NCBI RefSeq assembly: GCF_964355755.1
Contig: NC_092679.1
Location: 11,763,432-11,827,431, forward strand
DNA length: 64,000 nt
Reading direction: 5' to 3'
DNA from: Antedon mediterranea
Lineage: Eukaryota > Animalia > Echinodermata
Shown: in pieces, positions 35,330 to 49,372 of the stretch
How positions within the stretch are numbered: position 1 is the first letter of the stretch
Layout of the letters: each line of letters starts with the position of its first letter
Position numbers and translations under genes: made by a program
The notes under the pieces: model-generated
What the model saw: only the letters and a program-made list of their open reading frames with translations
Told to the model about the DNA's origin: nothing
Database searches by the model: none

Positions 35330-35899
35330 TTATACATAAGTACAGTTAAGTTCTATCGTTGTGATTGATTTAGGATATTTCCATTGATTTGCAACTTTCT
35401 ATAGAGGGCCGCGGCAACTTTATTGACAGAGCATTGACGCTACTCGTACTCCGAAATCTTGTTTAGTTACTGGGTCATCATTTCTTCAACATAAGCTAAG
35501 TAGGCCTATGTTTTAGATCAATATGACATATTATATTATAGATAGTTAGGCCTAATACTATTATATTAGTATGTTGTTTTGTAGAGCACTCTTCAATTCG
35601 AAACGGTGTATTTTTGTTGTAAATACTAATGAAATATTGCATAGCACGCTTGAGTTTGTGTACTCGTTATGCTCATAATAAGTGTACTATGGCACGCCAG
35701 GACGGACATGTCAAGTTGACCTCGCTCGTGTTATGTAGAAATCGCTCGTGTTGAGTTTACACATCGCCCGTCTGTTATGGAGACATCGCTCTAGTTGAGT
35801 TTACACATCGCTCGTATTATGGAGACATCGCTACAAAAGAGTGTACTTTATCAAGCTTTACTTTTGTTTGTGTGTACGTAAATTCCTTGAGAAGTTTAT

Positions 35900-37480
35900 A
35901 AAAATATATTATGTACTATCTTGAATCTAATACTTTATTGAGCAACCACCAATTTATTGAGCAACCACTAACACGGTTTTTTCGGTCCCGTCGATCTTGT
36001 CTTATCCAACTTTTAGAATGTTTACACAATGATAAGGACGATGGTGACCCAATTGATATTATATCTATTTTGATTGCAGAAGGCTTTTGACACTGTACCG
36101 CATATGCATTTATGTCCAAAATTAAGGCTAACGGTATAAATGGTATTCTTCTCAAATGGATTTCAAATTTTCTTAGTTCTAGACGTCAATATTTCCGTCA
36201 AAGGATCATTTTCTCCTTAGCTTCCAGTTTTCCGTGGTGTTGCCTCAGGGCTCCGTCCTGTTTTATTAACGATAAATTGTTCGCAGATGATGCCAAAATT
36301 TACAGACCAATACGTACCCCAAATGATGTAACAAAATGTACCTTTGTATGAATCGTTAAACATTGGGCCCAGCCCATCCGGTTTACGTGTGATATCGTGT
36401 TCCATCCAGGGACCAGAATGTTGTAATGTAGTTTTTCCAGACGAAGTTTACCGACGCGTTACGTCGTGTACTGTGTATCGACATCTGGGAAATAAACTGA
36501 TTTCTCTTGGACTTGCTTCACTCGCTTCACTTGCATAGCCCCCATCGGGGAATTTAGCCCCCGCATCGCAAAGATTCGGCGCCACCGCTGGAGTCATAAA
36601 TGGTTGTTACATTTCAAATAGAAAAAGAAAAGAAATGCACAACTTTGCATGTTGGACTACGAAATCCACAACATAGTTATTGCTTAGGTGGCTCATTGTT
36701 AACTACGGTACCTCTAAATTATTATTATTATTTTATTTATATAGCGCTTTTCCAAATTAGTATAAAATGATCAAAGCGCTTTACATCAGCACACACAACA
36801 ATGAGTCACTTCTTAGGAAATAGATGTGTTTTGAGGGCTTTTTTAAATTTTAAAACCGTGGTCTGTTCCCGGATCACAGACGGGAGTTTGTTCCACATCA
36901 CCGGTCCAAAAAATTGCGATGGGAAACAATGGGAAACCTTGTCTAATTACATATTCCATTTCGAAACTTTCTGACGTCGAACCACTATTAATAATAACAC
37001 ATTCTGTCTTATTATTTTGTTTGTAAATGGGTCTCTAGCGATGTTTCCATTCGAATTGATCGCCACCATTGGGATAATAAGGAGAATCAAAAGGATAATC
37101 AACAACTGCCTGGTCCTGAGATTTCGGATACTCTTTATAAAGGCGCAACTTCACAAAGGCTTTTAGCTCCATTGATCTATGGTGTTCGATTGCCTTGTAC
37201 GTTCTTAGCAGACGCCAAAATGATGCGTCGTTACCATTCCGAATTCTCTGTATGGGTAACTCTTTCTTGTGGTGTCCCTCGGGGCACCAACTTTGAACCA
37301 ATTATATTTAATTTCTGTAATTAATGATGCTTTTGACATACCCAATCATCCAAATTTAAGTATGTTGACGATCATAGCTTTGTTGAGATCCGTCGTGTTG
37401 ATCATCCTACCTATGTTGATTCGGACATTTACGTTCTAGACAACTATATGCCAACATTATAACAAATATTTAAAGCCATG
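35900..37480 (+). mobile_element. Decayed CR1/L2-group LINE RT fragments
   Basis: KAFDTVPH-like, GINGILLKWISNFLSSRRQ, LFADDAKIYRPI and a second GVPxG...KYVDD-like piece, with many stops and frameshifts. Confidence 0.65.
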
Positions 37481-37872
37481 AATTACAAGCTTATTTCAGA
37501 ATCACCCATCCGTCCCTCCAAACTTAGTCATGGGGATAGGTAGTAAAATGCTGGATTTAGTTCCCGGAATAAAAAATGATTGGTATTCATATTCATGGCA
37601 ATTTTGAAGAGGGATATATTATTGTTTGTAATATGATTTCAAATATTAGTCGTAAAGGGTCTATTGGTCGTTTAGCTTGTCTTCTGTGGACGAAAAATCA
37701 GTCAAATCGGTCGCAATTAGTCGAGGTAAACGTGATTTAGTCACAGATTTAGTTCATTTTCAGAATTAATTGACTTTTTGCAACGTGATTTCACTTTCTA
37801 AAATCATTTGTAATTAAATTGTTTTTTTGCAATTTGGATTTACTGTATTTCGTAATTATATTGATGTTTAGG

Positions 37873-39902
37873 ATGACGACTGAGCCTGCACCGGACGGTC
37901 ATGAAGATACCAACACAGACGATAGACCGTCCCGCTTCAAAAAGGCAATATCTGGAGGATTCAGTGTTGCTGAAAAGATTGCCCACTACGATGCATGGGC
38001 AAATACGTATGACGAGGTATAATATTGTGAACATAATGGGCACAATTTATTAGCGTTTGTTGAACGCGCGAGAGACAGATTTTAAGTCTGTATATAGATA
38101 ACCTGACAGAATTACTTTCTTGAGTTAGTCTCGGAAGCATAATACATTTATATTATACTTTTTCCTTTTAAGGATATGAGGTCATATGGTTTTACCGGAC
38201 CAGAAATAGCTGTCGAATATATGAAGAGGTATTTTAAAGATACTAGCGGCAAATATTTGGATTGTGGAGCCGGTACTGGACTTTTAGGTGTACATGTACG
38301 TTTTTTTACTCTTCTTAGATGTAGTCCTAAACATACTATTAGAAATTTAACAGAAAAAAATTACAAAACCTTTTCTTTTAAAACAAAAACGGGTTCACAA
38401 CTCACTTTACAGTTACTTGAAGTTAGATTAATATAATCTATCGTTCAATTTCTATTCTTTGTTGACTAGATTAAGGAGTTGGGGTACACAGACTTCCACG
38501 CACTCGATGCATCCAGCGTGGCACTGGAGAAGGCAAAATCCAGACAAGCATATACTAAATTTATTGAAGAATTCATTAATACAGGAAAACTTAGCATAGA
38601 AACAGGTATGACAGTTAGTAGCGGAGGGATGAGCAGACTTTGTTTAGTCGTTTAGGTCGGTCTACCAACATTTCCTATTATATGGATTTAGTTGTGAGAC
38701 TCGCTTCTTGATTGTAATCACTTCCCGAGAAACCCTCAAAATGTTACACTCCAAACTTAATGCTAAGACAAAAATGATGAAGATGGTTTTGGTCGTTGGA
38801 GTTGCTGACAAAAATGTGTTTTTTTTTTTGCTTCCCATGTCAGAATGTAAAAATCGACAATAACTTTCTTTTCCCGAATTCCAGATACATATGATGGTTT
38901 GGTGTGTTGTGGTTGTTTTGTTCCTGGGCATTTAGAACCAGATTGTGTTGAAGATTGGTGCCGTATTGTTAAACCAGGTACCGATAAAATGATGTGTTCA
39001 CCAGTTGATTAAGTCAATTTGTTATACTTTATCTGAGTATATATAACTAGCATTTTATTAGACCTTAGATTTTGGAAAATTTGGAGCATTTAATAGATAT
39101 TTGAGCGACTGACACATTATGATGACTACGTCACCTAAATAGAAATTCCATTGCGTTATGCACCCTACTTCATGTGGTTTCCCTTCAACGACTGTGTGTT
39201 TTATGTCAGTATGCTCACGATGTAGACTCATAATTATTGAAATCAATAGCATATTAACATAATGTAACTTATCTGAACCTGCAAACCGTATATTTAGTCA
39301 GCCATATATTCAGCCATGTTTGTCGTCATCTAAATTACATTTATAATTTATTTCAACTAAAGTTACTAAACAAACAAAATAACTGCAAAAATGCCCTGTT
39401 TTCGAAGTATTTCCCGCCATTTTTAAGTATAAATAATTTGAGAAAAGAAAAATTGACACCCCCAAAATAAAAAAAATAATAATTGAAAATTGTGTCCGAT
39501 ATTTTTCAATAATGTACTTTTGAAATATATTAATTTGAAAATAAAATACTACATGAACTTTTATAAGGAAAAACAAAAACCGTTTTGGTCAATTACTCAA
39601 AAGTAGCTTTTTGTAGATACCCCTTTTCTCAAAGTACATAGTATGGGTTTTCATGTTGAAGCTCTATTCCATTTTAAAAATAAATTATCTGAATATTTTC
39701 GTTTGCTTCATTAGGTGGAATTGTGTTCATTGTGTTGTGCCAACGATGGCTATCGCAAGAACCAGCTTACAACGAAGGGAAACTTGAGGGTGCCTCCCAG
39801 AAACGTGTCGACGAATGCAAATGGGAGTTAGTTGTTAGAGAACAGAGAGATAAATATCTAACCGAGGATGTAGCAGAACTATTTGTTTTTAAAGTGAAAT
39901 AA
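37873..39902 (+). CDS. METTL27/WBSCR27-like class I SAM methyltransferase, copy 2, intact (227 aa)
   Basis: GT-AG exons 37873-38016, 38173-38295, 38470-38605, 38885-38977, 39715-39902 sum to 684 nt in frame. Motifs YDAWANTYD, LDCGAGTGLLG, LDAS, YDGLVCCGCFVPGHL, RIVKPGG. Confidence 0.88.
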
Positions 39903-41084
39903 CAAATGTGTAACACTTCATGTCAAAACGTTGTTTTAAATGGTAATATAATAATTAATTTAGATATTATACATAATAATACATTTTAGAAACGTTGAAA
40001 ATGATGAGATATGTGAGAGCTAAAATAAAATTAAAATTCTTTTCTGGGCTTTCATGGTTGGTATGTTCGATTGGCTCTAACCGCTCACACCATTGATAAA
40101 TACTGAAATTACTAAGAATATAGGAAAGTTTCTTCTAGTTCGATTCTCACCTAGAAATGATGTATAATTATATATTGTACACCGTTGAAAGGTATTACTT
40201 TAATCAATCAGATGAATATAAATGTTCGGAAAATGAATGAATAAACAAAATATGGAATTGACTGATCTTGTGGTTTCTTACCTTAGTGTCATCAAGTGAT
40301 CTATGCAGAAAAGTAAAAAACAGTTATTTTAACACCTGTAGTAATTTCTTTTTCAAATAGCCCTCTAAACAAAACAAATTCAAAATTCTCATTTTTTCAA
40401 GAAAAAAATATATATATCATAAAATTTGCAGTTTCTATAATTATGGATAAAACAGGAATGTATTTTAGGGTAGTAGGCCTACTTACTGTAAGTTAGTACT
40501 TGTATGTTGTGCCATATCAAAACACCAACACATTAATATTACAAGCACAACACCTTATTATATCGTTTCAACATACATTCCACATACTGCAATCAAATGT
40601 GAGCATTGGCATAAATGCACATTTAAAAAAAAATATATATTTTAGAAAAATGATAGTATAGTTTTTTTTTTATTCAGTTGACAACTAACATGATAACCAA
40701 CATGGCGATGAAACCGCCACTAACAAGTTAAATATAAACATAATAAACTATAATAATACATTCAAATATGCAACAATAACATAAACAAAGATCGGAACAT
40801 TATAGAGATTTAACAATCTCGGAAGTATAAATTCCTTTGAGCAAAATACCATTCCCTCGAGGATGTCAAACCTTATATTTTACCTCTAAGCAGGAAATAT
40901 CTGTATAATATTCACTCTAATCCAACATTTTGTCCAAAAGGGCTGCAGCTACCATTTCTGACATTTTGAGTTTTGACCTTTTCCTCTTATAATCTATTAC
41001 TGTAATGCAAATTTTTCAGGTCATATATATTAATATTTAATCTAGTGAACTTTTTTGTCCAAAAGTGAACGGAAATATTTGTAT

Positions 41085-41430
41085 TTTTATTGACCTTGAC
41101 CTTCTATCTCGATAACTACTGGCCATAGAGATATGTATTTGGTCTTAAATTGTTCAGAACATTATATTCATTCTAATAAAACATTTGATCAATATGTGGT
41201 CAGAAATGGCTTTATTGACCTTTGGCCCTGACCTTCTTCTATCTCGATAACTATACTGGTCATAGAGAAATGTATTTGGTCTTAAATTGTTCCAAACATA
41301 TTATGTTTATTTTCATTCTAATGAAACATTATTTTTATCAATATGTGGCCAGAAATGACTTCATTGACCTTTGACCTCGGATTTCTTGTATCTCAATATA
41401 TAGTGGTCACAAAAAATAACATTTGACTTA
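41085..41430. repeat. Degenerate ~125-140 bp tandem repeat with TGACCTTGACC motif
   Basis: Recurrent TTGACCTT...CTATCTCGATAAC...GTATTTGGTCTTAAATTGTTC units. Confidence 0.6.
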
Positions 41431-42699
41431 AAATGGTTAGAATATATATTTTTATATTCATTATTACAAACATGTTGTGTCAAAAAGTGCATAAAACCGA
41501 CCTAATTTGTTTTTACTGGTAGTGAGGATGTGATTTCTGACATAATTCCGTAATTCTATTTCTTAACACAGTTAGTTTTGTTTTAATATGGGGATTGAAA
41601 GAGTCTGATGATTGACGAAAAGTATGTAAAAGTATGTTCACGTCGCGTGCTCAAATTTGAGTTAGTGTTTACCGACCGACCGACCAAACGATCATCCAAC
41701 CGACCGAAATAGTGAGCTGTAGTGTCGCGTTTGCACCAATAAAGGTGGTATAAGATGTGTTACATACAAAAAATGAATGTGGATGTTACCTGCAAAAAGA
41801 AGCATACAAACAGGATATGTGTTGTTGTTCAGTGCATACGTAGCCGTATCACGCCTAACGACAATAAAATACACTGCTGTACCCCATGTCTGCTGACGGT
41901 AACACACCCAGAGCACCTAACTCCTAAATATTAACATAAGCTAACTAACCCTATAATCTCTCACTTGGGTTCGAATCATTTTCTACCGATTGGAAGTCTG
42001 AAGCACTGACAATTCAGCCGAACAGCTGACTGACAAGAAGGCGTTTGACATAACGCTTTTGAAGAAGAGGCTATGCCTGTATGGTATCAGTAGTGGCTCA
42101 GTATCCTGTATAGGATGAAGGTCGCGATACTGGATGGTTTTTATTTTCTGCAGATATGATACTTTTTGTATCGAGTAGCACATGATATCAAGATCAAACA
42201 AAGTCTTCACGACGTATTACCTTACTTGGAGGATCCAACATTTACCGTACAATGAAGTTGTGTCACTATTTTTACGTACACGTACACTAGTTATTTGTAT
42301 AACTTTTCACTGTATGCCATGGTAATTATGCGTTGGTAATTATTAGAAATAACAAACATTTTGGTTTGGATCAAAGTAAATTAATTTCAGAAATGGTTAA
42401 ATTCATGCATTTACTCATAATATATTTTATTATAAATAAAATTCAAAGTAGAACTGAATTGCGATTTATTTTTACATGATAAAATTTGCAATGTATAGCC
42501 TACAAATAATATAAATCTCAAACACACACAAAAAAGACAAATAAAGGGCAACGCCCAAAACGACAAAAATAAACCAAAAATCAAGGCAGAGTGACATACA
42601 AGGGAAATGGGTAACAGTCGAAAAGGAGAAATATAAATATGTATGGTTGTAATTCTTCTGATATTACTATTATTACTATGAATTACAGTGGATAAAAAT

Positions 42700-43500
42700 A
42701 CTTAGACATTGATAAAAAAAATCTAGTGAAACAGTAGGATAAAATTATTTGTGGTTCCACTGTCTAATCATGCTTGGGATTGCACAAGTTTGGTATCTAG
42801 TAGTCATGCAAACAGCAACAGTAAGTTTCTTTTCGCTCTCATGAGACAATGAGACTTAAACCTGCTATTTCTATTAGGGATAAATTCATTATGATTATCA
42901 ATTAAAGAAAATTGCTGCATAGCATATCTCGTTGTTCAAAAAACCTCTAATAAAATCATTTACACTGCACAGGGTTTGTCGATAGTTCAAACACTGAGGG
43001 CCAAAATAATTGTACATGCTCTTTTGAATAAGTATAAGATTCTGCTTGAGTTAGACCAAAATAGGGGCACACACAGGGGCAGAATATTCCATAATAGGTT
43101 TGCCATAACCAGTATAAATAGTAACAAAGGCATTCTGAAGAGTTTTAGCAGTCTTATCACATATAGGCCTAATCACCATTACATACATGAGAGATATGTG
43201 AATCATTTAAGATTCGAGCAGATATTAACACCAAGAATTGTAGCGTTACTAACGTTAGAAAGCAAGTGATTATCAATTTTTAAATCAATATGATTATTAT
43301 TATTCTACTCTTGAAAAGTTAACATTCATAACCAGACATTTCTTAGGATGTAATACCATATTATTTTTGAAAGTTCATTTAAGTGATTTTGCATTCAACA
43401 GTGATAACATCAACATATTAAAAAATATGAGGTTTGTCAGAAAAGACATTAATCATTGAGCAAGGAAACAGAGTGGCCCTAACCGTTGCCTTGAAGGAAG
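42700..43500 (-). mobile_element. Highly decayed LINE RT/C-terminal fragment
   Basis: Remnants LGPLCFL, TILGV, MEYSAPV, IQK on the minus strand. Confidence 0.45.
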
Positions 43501-45587
43501 AAAGTAAATGGATTTTTTGATGAATTAGTTCAGCTTCAATGCACCAAGTTCGTTACAAAGTGAAATATTAATAAATCATTAATAAGGATATTGTTTTGAT
43601 AAAAGTGAAAATATTCTTCTTTCAATACTATAACGTCAATTAGGTCTAATTTCAATTCAGAAAAATTGAAATTTATTGTTTAAAATTATTTTAGTTTTAT
43701 TGTAATTCTTTTACTACAGATATTGCATGCTTAGAGGTAAAATATAAGATTTGATTTCCACTAGGGAATGATATTATGCTCTCGAGAATTATATTTCCCT
43801 CAGCTAGTGCTTCGGGAAACATAAATTCCCTTTAGCAGAATAACATTCCTTCGGGGATATTAAAAGAAGTAGAATATCTACTAAGTCGGGTGTAGCTAGG
43901 CCTCATTTATGTAAGCCTGCCTATAGTTATGCGTTGCATTCACCTTACCTTTCGAATAATATTATACAGATAATTACTGATTAATGATTCCTTGGCAATA
44001 AAATATTCACTAACTAATAACAGAGGAATTTCCATCACTAAGCCTACATTAATAATAATATTATTATCAGGTAGGCCTAGGCAGAATCATTATAAACTAG
44101 AATTTAATTCGTCACTTTGACGAATTATAGGTGATCATTTTTATCATTTTATTGACATTAATATTATTTAAACATGCACGTACGTTAACATGCAATCGAA
44201 AAAATGTTGATTTATGCCATCCTATTATACGCTTAGTGCTGAGTTGTGCCTATTATATGCCATATACATTATGTACAGTATATACTGTATATCTATATAC
44301 AGTGTAGCATTGGTGAAATTATGGACACACATCATGATCTAACTTTTTGGTATAATGACATTATCAAAATAAACTAGTGGATAACAATATCGAAAGATAA
44401 TGAATAGAGCAATAACATATATCAATTGGAAGAAAATTTGGCACGTAGAAGCGCTGTGCGCGCTCTTTGAAATTTGTATAACTTTGACTAAAGAAATTTA
44501 AAAACTACTTTTTTGCTTTAACTGGCCATGATAACGTTACAACATCAGATGGGCTTAATTTGTAGGCCTATATGATATGAATTCATATCTACATTTCACC
44601 AGCTCTCATAATAAGTTATAAACATCAAGGTCAAACTTTAATTCAGAAGAGCTGTAAGGTATTCAAATATACGTTGTAGGTGAAATTACGTAACCACCGT
44701 TATTCAAATTTTAAGATGTGATGACGTCATAAAATGAAAATATTGGCAACTCATGAGTAACATACTTGGTTGAGGTAGAATATATTAACAATTCAAAGAA
44801 AATTTATTACAGATAAGCGAATTGCGCTCTGTTAAATATGGTGGTCTATGATAAAAGAGGAAAAAACCCTATTTTAAAAATTCATGTGACCAAATGATGA
44901 CATCATACCATTTTGGACGTCAAATGTTTATATACTTTTATTTCTACAACTCATTGGCTATCATAATAAGTTAAAAAAATTGGGGTTCACCTTCCATTTT
45001 TTACCATTTTTAGCACTTTTGTACAATTAATGTGCGCATTTTGTCATTTTTAACGTGCTCGCATAAAGATCAAATTAAATAATATAAAACATATTAGGAG
45101 TAAATTGTTTATTTTCGGACCGCGCGTGTGATGGTATAGTATAGTACATAAAGATCAAATTAAATATATTCATAAAACATTAGGAATAAATTGTGGGAAT
45201 AATTATATAAAATTACATCGAGAGAACTGATGATGATAAGAGCTTTTGTTTGAAATAGAATGAAACCCCGATAGCCGAGTTGTTAAGTAAGCTGTCAGGA
45301 CTTTATGTATACTGTGCGCTATCCGTGTGGACCCTGGGATACGTCTGCCCATGTTGCAAGCCGTCTAAAACGTCTTCCTTGTCGCGGGATAATGTATTAA
45401 TTATACCAATTGGGATAGTATTTATTTGAATAAACGCCCGGAACACAGGCCCAATAAAACATCAGTTAAAATAATTATCGCCCATCCACATTTATACACA
45501 CAATATTGTATTATATTTATAACACAATTATACTATTTTTAGTAGATTTCATCGAACTGTAATCTGCAATTTACCAAGCAGTTGTTA

Positions 45588-47263
45588 TAGTCTAGGCAAA
45601 AAATGTGAAAAAAATGAGTTAGGGGGAGTGGAATGTTAGAGGCTGTCAACATAGCCAGATATCCTAATTAAACCCTTCTGATCACTCTGAGCCCTGTTGA
45701 CACTTAATTTTTTGCCTCGTCTTGAAATTTTATATAAAATGTGCATAAAATCAGATCTAAATAAGGTAGATACACAATCTTGGTGTCTAAACACATGTAC
45801 TTCAGACACGGAATCTATTAGGCCTTGTTGACACTTCAGTTGTTGCCTCGTATTGAACTGGTGGCCATTTTTCAAAATGGCCGCTAATTTTATATAAAAT
45901 GTGCATAAAATCAGATCTAAATAAAGTAGATACACAATCTTGGTGTCTAAACACATGTACTTCAGACACGGAATCTATTAGGCCTTGCTGACACTTCAGT
46001 TTTTGGCTCGTATTGAACTGGTGGCCATTTTTCAAAATGGCCGCTAATTGTATATAAAATGTGCATAAAATCGGATCTAAATAAGGTATATGCACGATCT
46101 TGGTGTCTAAAGACATGTACTTCAGACACGACGGAATCCATTAGGCTTTGTTGACACTTCAGATTTTGCCTCGTATTGAAATGGCGCCCATTTTTAAAAA
46201 TGGCCGCTAATTTTATAAAAATGTGCATAAAATCGGATCTAAATAAGGTATATGCACGATCTTGGTGTCAAAACACATGTAGGCCTACTTCAGACAAAGA
46301 ATCCATTAGGCCCTGTTGAAACTTCATTTTTCCCTTTATAATGAAATGGAGGCCATTTTTCAAAATGCCGACCAATTTTATATAAATGTACTTAAAATCG
46401 GATCTAAATAAGGTAGGCCTTAGATACACAATCTTGGATTCAAAATGGCGACTTATTCTATTCTAAATATGGTAGATTCACGATCTTGGTGTCCAAATAG
46501 AAATCCATTAGATTTATAATAAATATGACTAGGTTAAAAGATAATTGTATTTAGGCCTAACTGGCTGCTAATTTTTTTAATGGCTGCCTAATTTTTCTAA
46601 AAAGTGCTTAAAAGCGGAACTAATTAGGCTAGATAAATGATCTTGGTGTCTAAACTCATGTTTTATCAGGCAAGGAATCCATTAAATCTATAATAAATAA
46701 ATTTAAATAGTTTGATTAATTAATTATTTAAGTTAAATGCACAGTAGCTAACATTTTTCAAAATGGTTACCTAATTTATCTGTTCATGAAATCGAAAATC
46801 TGTAATTTATTTTACAAATTGGTAAAGGTTTAGTTTGTATAGAGCCATGACTAGGATTTTAAAGCATCAGCTTTTGTTGAATTCATTTGCATGTAACTTC
46901 ACAGATGTTTCATCTTGACTGTAGGCCCTCCTATTACATAAACTAATATTATTTACCTCCGCTAAGGAGATATATGTAGTCTATCGCGTACCCAAATTAT
47001 AAACCCCAGCTGGATTTGAACTATGTCAAGCTAATATCTAAAGCAAAAAAATGTATCATTCAACATGCTCCCTATCAGTGGATATATTTTGCCAAGTACT
47101 TCACTCAGCTTTCATTTGTTTGTCTGTTTGTTAGCAGGATTACTCAAAAAGTTATTGCAAGATCTTTGCCAAAATTAGGGTTAGATAGATATGTGGTCAT
47201 GTTCCGTACTCCATTACATTTTGGAGGCAATCCGGACCACGGTCCCAATTTTGTCCTAGACTA
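45588..47263. mobile_element. Non-autonomous TAG...CTA DNA element (Academ-like) carrying a 160-bp tandem array
   Basis: TIRs TAGTCTAGG(A)CAAAA with 3-bp TSD TTA; the empty site is visible in the paralogous copy at ~16500. Confidence 0.85.
45640..46700. repeat. 160-bp tandem array, ~6 units decaying rightwards
   Basis: TTCAGACA anchor at 45801, 45961, 46121 and ~46289. Confidence 0.9.
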
Positions 47264-49372
47264 TTATTCTTTTTTACCAATTTTCATATCTACAATAAAC
47301 ACTATACACTGTGAAACAGGTTAGTGAGTAGGTTTAGTTTTACGAATATCAAGCATTTCAATAATGGTAACCGACCGAAAGCGTCCAGGCAAGAATGGCC
47401 TTCTAATGTTTTACCCAAGTCATCATTCCGAAAACCATCGTCTACACTTCCTAGAGGGGGAGCGAGCGAAGCAGCGAGCTCACCACCACCCTAGTAAATA
47501 ATAATTCGTCTTCTTCGAGCTGAATCACCGAATAGAATGTTCAGCGCGCCGTGCGTACCAGGTTACTACTGTAAGTATTGACCAATCACAAACGGTCTTT
47601 CGTCAGATCGATAGAGGGTGAATAACAAATGAGGGCGCTATGTACGCATAGTTTAAATAGTTTAGTTGATTAATTTCTTCAATTTTAAGTTTCATGGCGC
47701 AGCGGGTAAAACGTTGTATCGTGATAATGTGGACTAACCTTCGCATCTCAGTATATGACTTTTGTTATAAATATAAATATACAGGTCCTGAAAAATTTGC
47801 ATTAAACTTTTTCTCTCTAAGATTATTAGTTATCAGAGTAGGCCTAGGTAAAAGGTAAACATTCCAGAAATGGTAGTTGCAATCATTTTTGTACAAAATT
47901 TTGTATAAATATAAATATAATATGTTGTAAATTAGTTGACACTAAAATGAAACCTGTAACACCAGCCATTACAAGGATATAAGCTATTTAAATATGTTGG
48001 CATATAAAACCCCCCCACAGTGTTACAGATTGGGAAACAACGTTTTTCTGGTTTATTTTGACCCACTAAAGATTTTTAGACAGAAGTTGCCAACTTTCAT
48101 CACAAATTGCACACGGGACCCTATTTTATGACGTCTTTTAACCTAAAAATGAATTACCTTTTGAAAAATTACTTTCAGGAACTGATTTTTATGGATCTAT
48201 TTTTATTATAAACATTGTTATGCCCTGCGGTTTAACAGTCGCGGATGTTGATATTTATGTTGGCGCCATTGTGATGTGATCCGAAGACGCGCACGCGAGA
48301 ATCAGTGGTGATAGAGTGGGGGGTAGGTTTCCTAGGGTTATCGTCTTACAAGGCAGCTGGGAGATAGTCCAAAAGGATTAGTTTTCCGGATGATAGTTGT
48401 TTAGATGCAATAAACATTGACAGCATTTCCTGAAATGAAATATTGTTTTGGACTGTGTCTTTTTGGTCAACAATTGGTGGTGATGGTAAATAACATCTAT
48501 TAGTATTACATTTACAAATGTATTCTTATTCAATACATATTTTTCATGTAAAAGGAAACACCAAGTGTTTGTGATAAATTAAAAGAAACAAAAATTATAT
48601 TGATAAATACTATATAATATTAGGTCAAATTACAAGCATTTGATTTACTAAAGATAAACCCAATCAATTGAGCAAGGTCCAAATTAAAATTATTGAACTT
48701 TGATTATTGCGAAAGTGCTAGAGTATTACAAATCGAAAAGTGCTTAGAAACGCTAACAGAACTAAATGTATAAATGTCAAATTATAAAAAAACAACATTA
48801 TACACTCGTTGAAATGTTTAATTTGTTTTGGCAAGCAAGACCTGCACTGCACTCAAATCCCGTCCTCAAGTCATATACTGTAGTAATAGTATTAATATAA
48901 GTATAATTTTATTATATATAATGTACATAGCACAGCAAATACTATAAACAAAAATATTAATATTTTACAAAATTATTTGGAAATTTATGTACAAAGGCAA
49001 CATTGATGGCGCATCCGTGTCACTGCTGCTTATAATGTTAAGCACTTTATTTGTATAGCTTTATTCTAAAAAATGTAGATCAGTGACAGACAAGGGTTAT
49101 TTTTTCGTACATCCAATACCTTGACAGAACAATTTTTTAAAACTCAGTAGCCAAATTGTATGTAAAAATGTTACAGTGTGGAAGATCAACGTTGGTCTGT
49201 GAAAACATTCTTGAGACAAAAGACATGTTTTGCAGGTTTGAATGAACAATGTCTAAAGCCTAGACTAAACTTTAAAACATCGCACCCTTTTTTTGTCCAA
49301 CTAGTTAAATAGTCTAGACAAGGCTTTGTATAAATGAATGATCTAAAATGGAAGATATATTATAACTTAATC

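Larger units (their letters stand above)
45365..47494 (+). mobile_element. Helitron-like element copy 2, split by a nested insertion
   Basis: 45365-45587 plus 47264-47494 match 16255-16729, ending in hairpin + CTAG|T. Confidence 0.7.

Noticed and set aside
45636-46228. Three overlapping repetitive ORFs
   Set aside because: They are products of the 160-bp array shifting frame with each unit.
48216-48495. Possible solo LTR (TGTTA...AATAAA...TAACA)
   Set aside because: There is no matching TSD (AACAT versus TCTAT) and no second copy in the window, so it was left uncalled.
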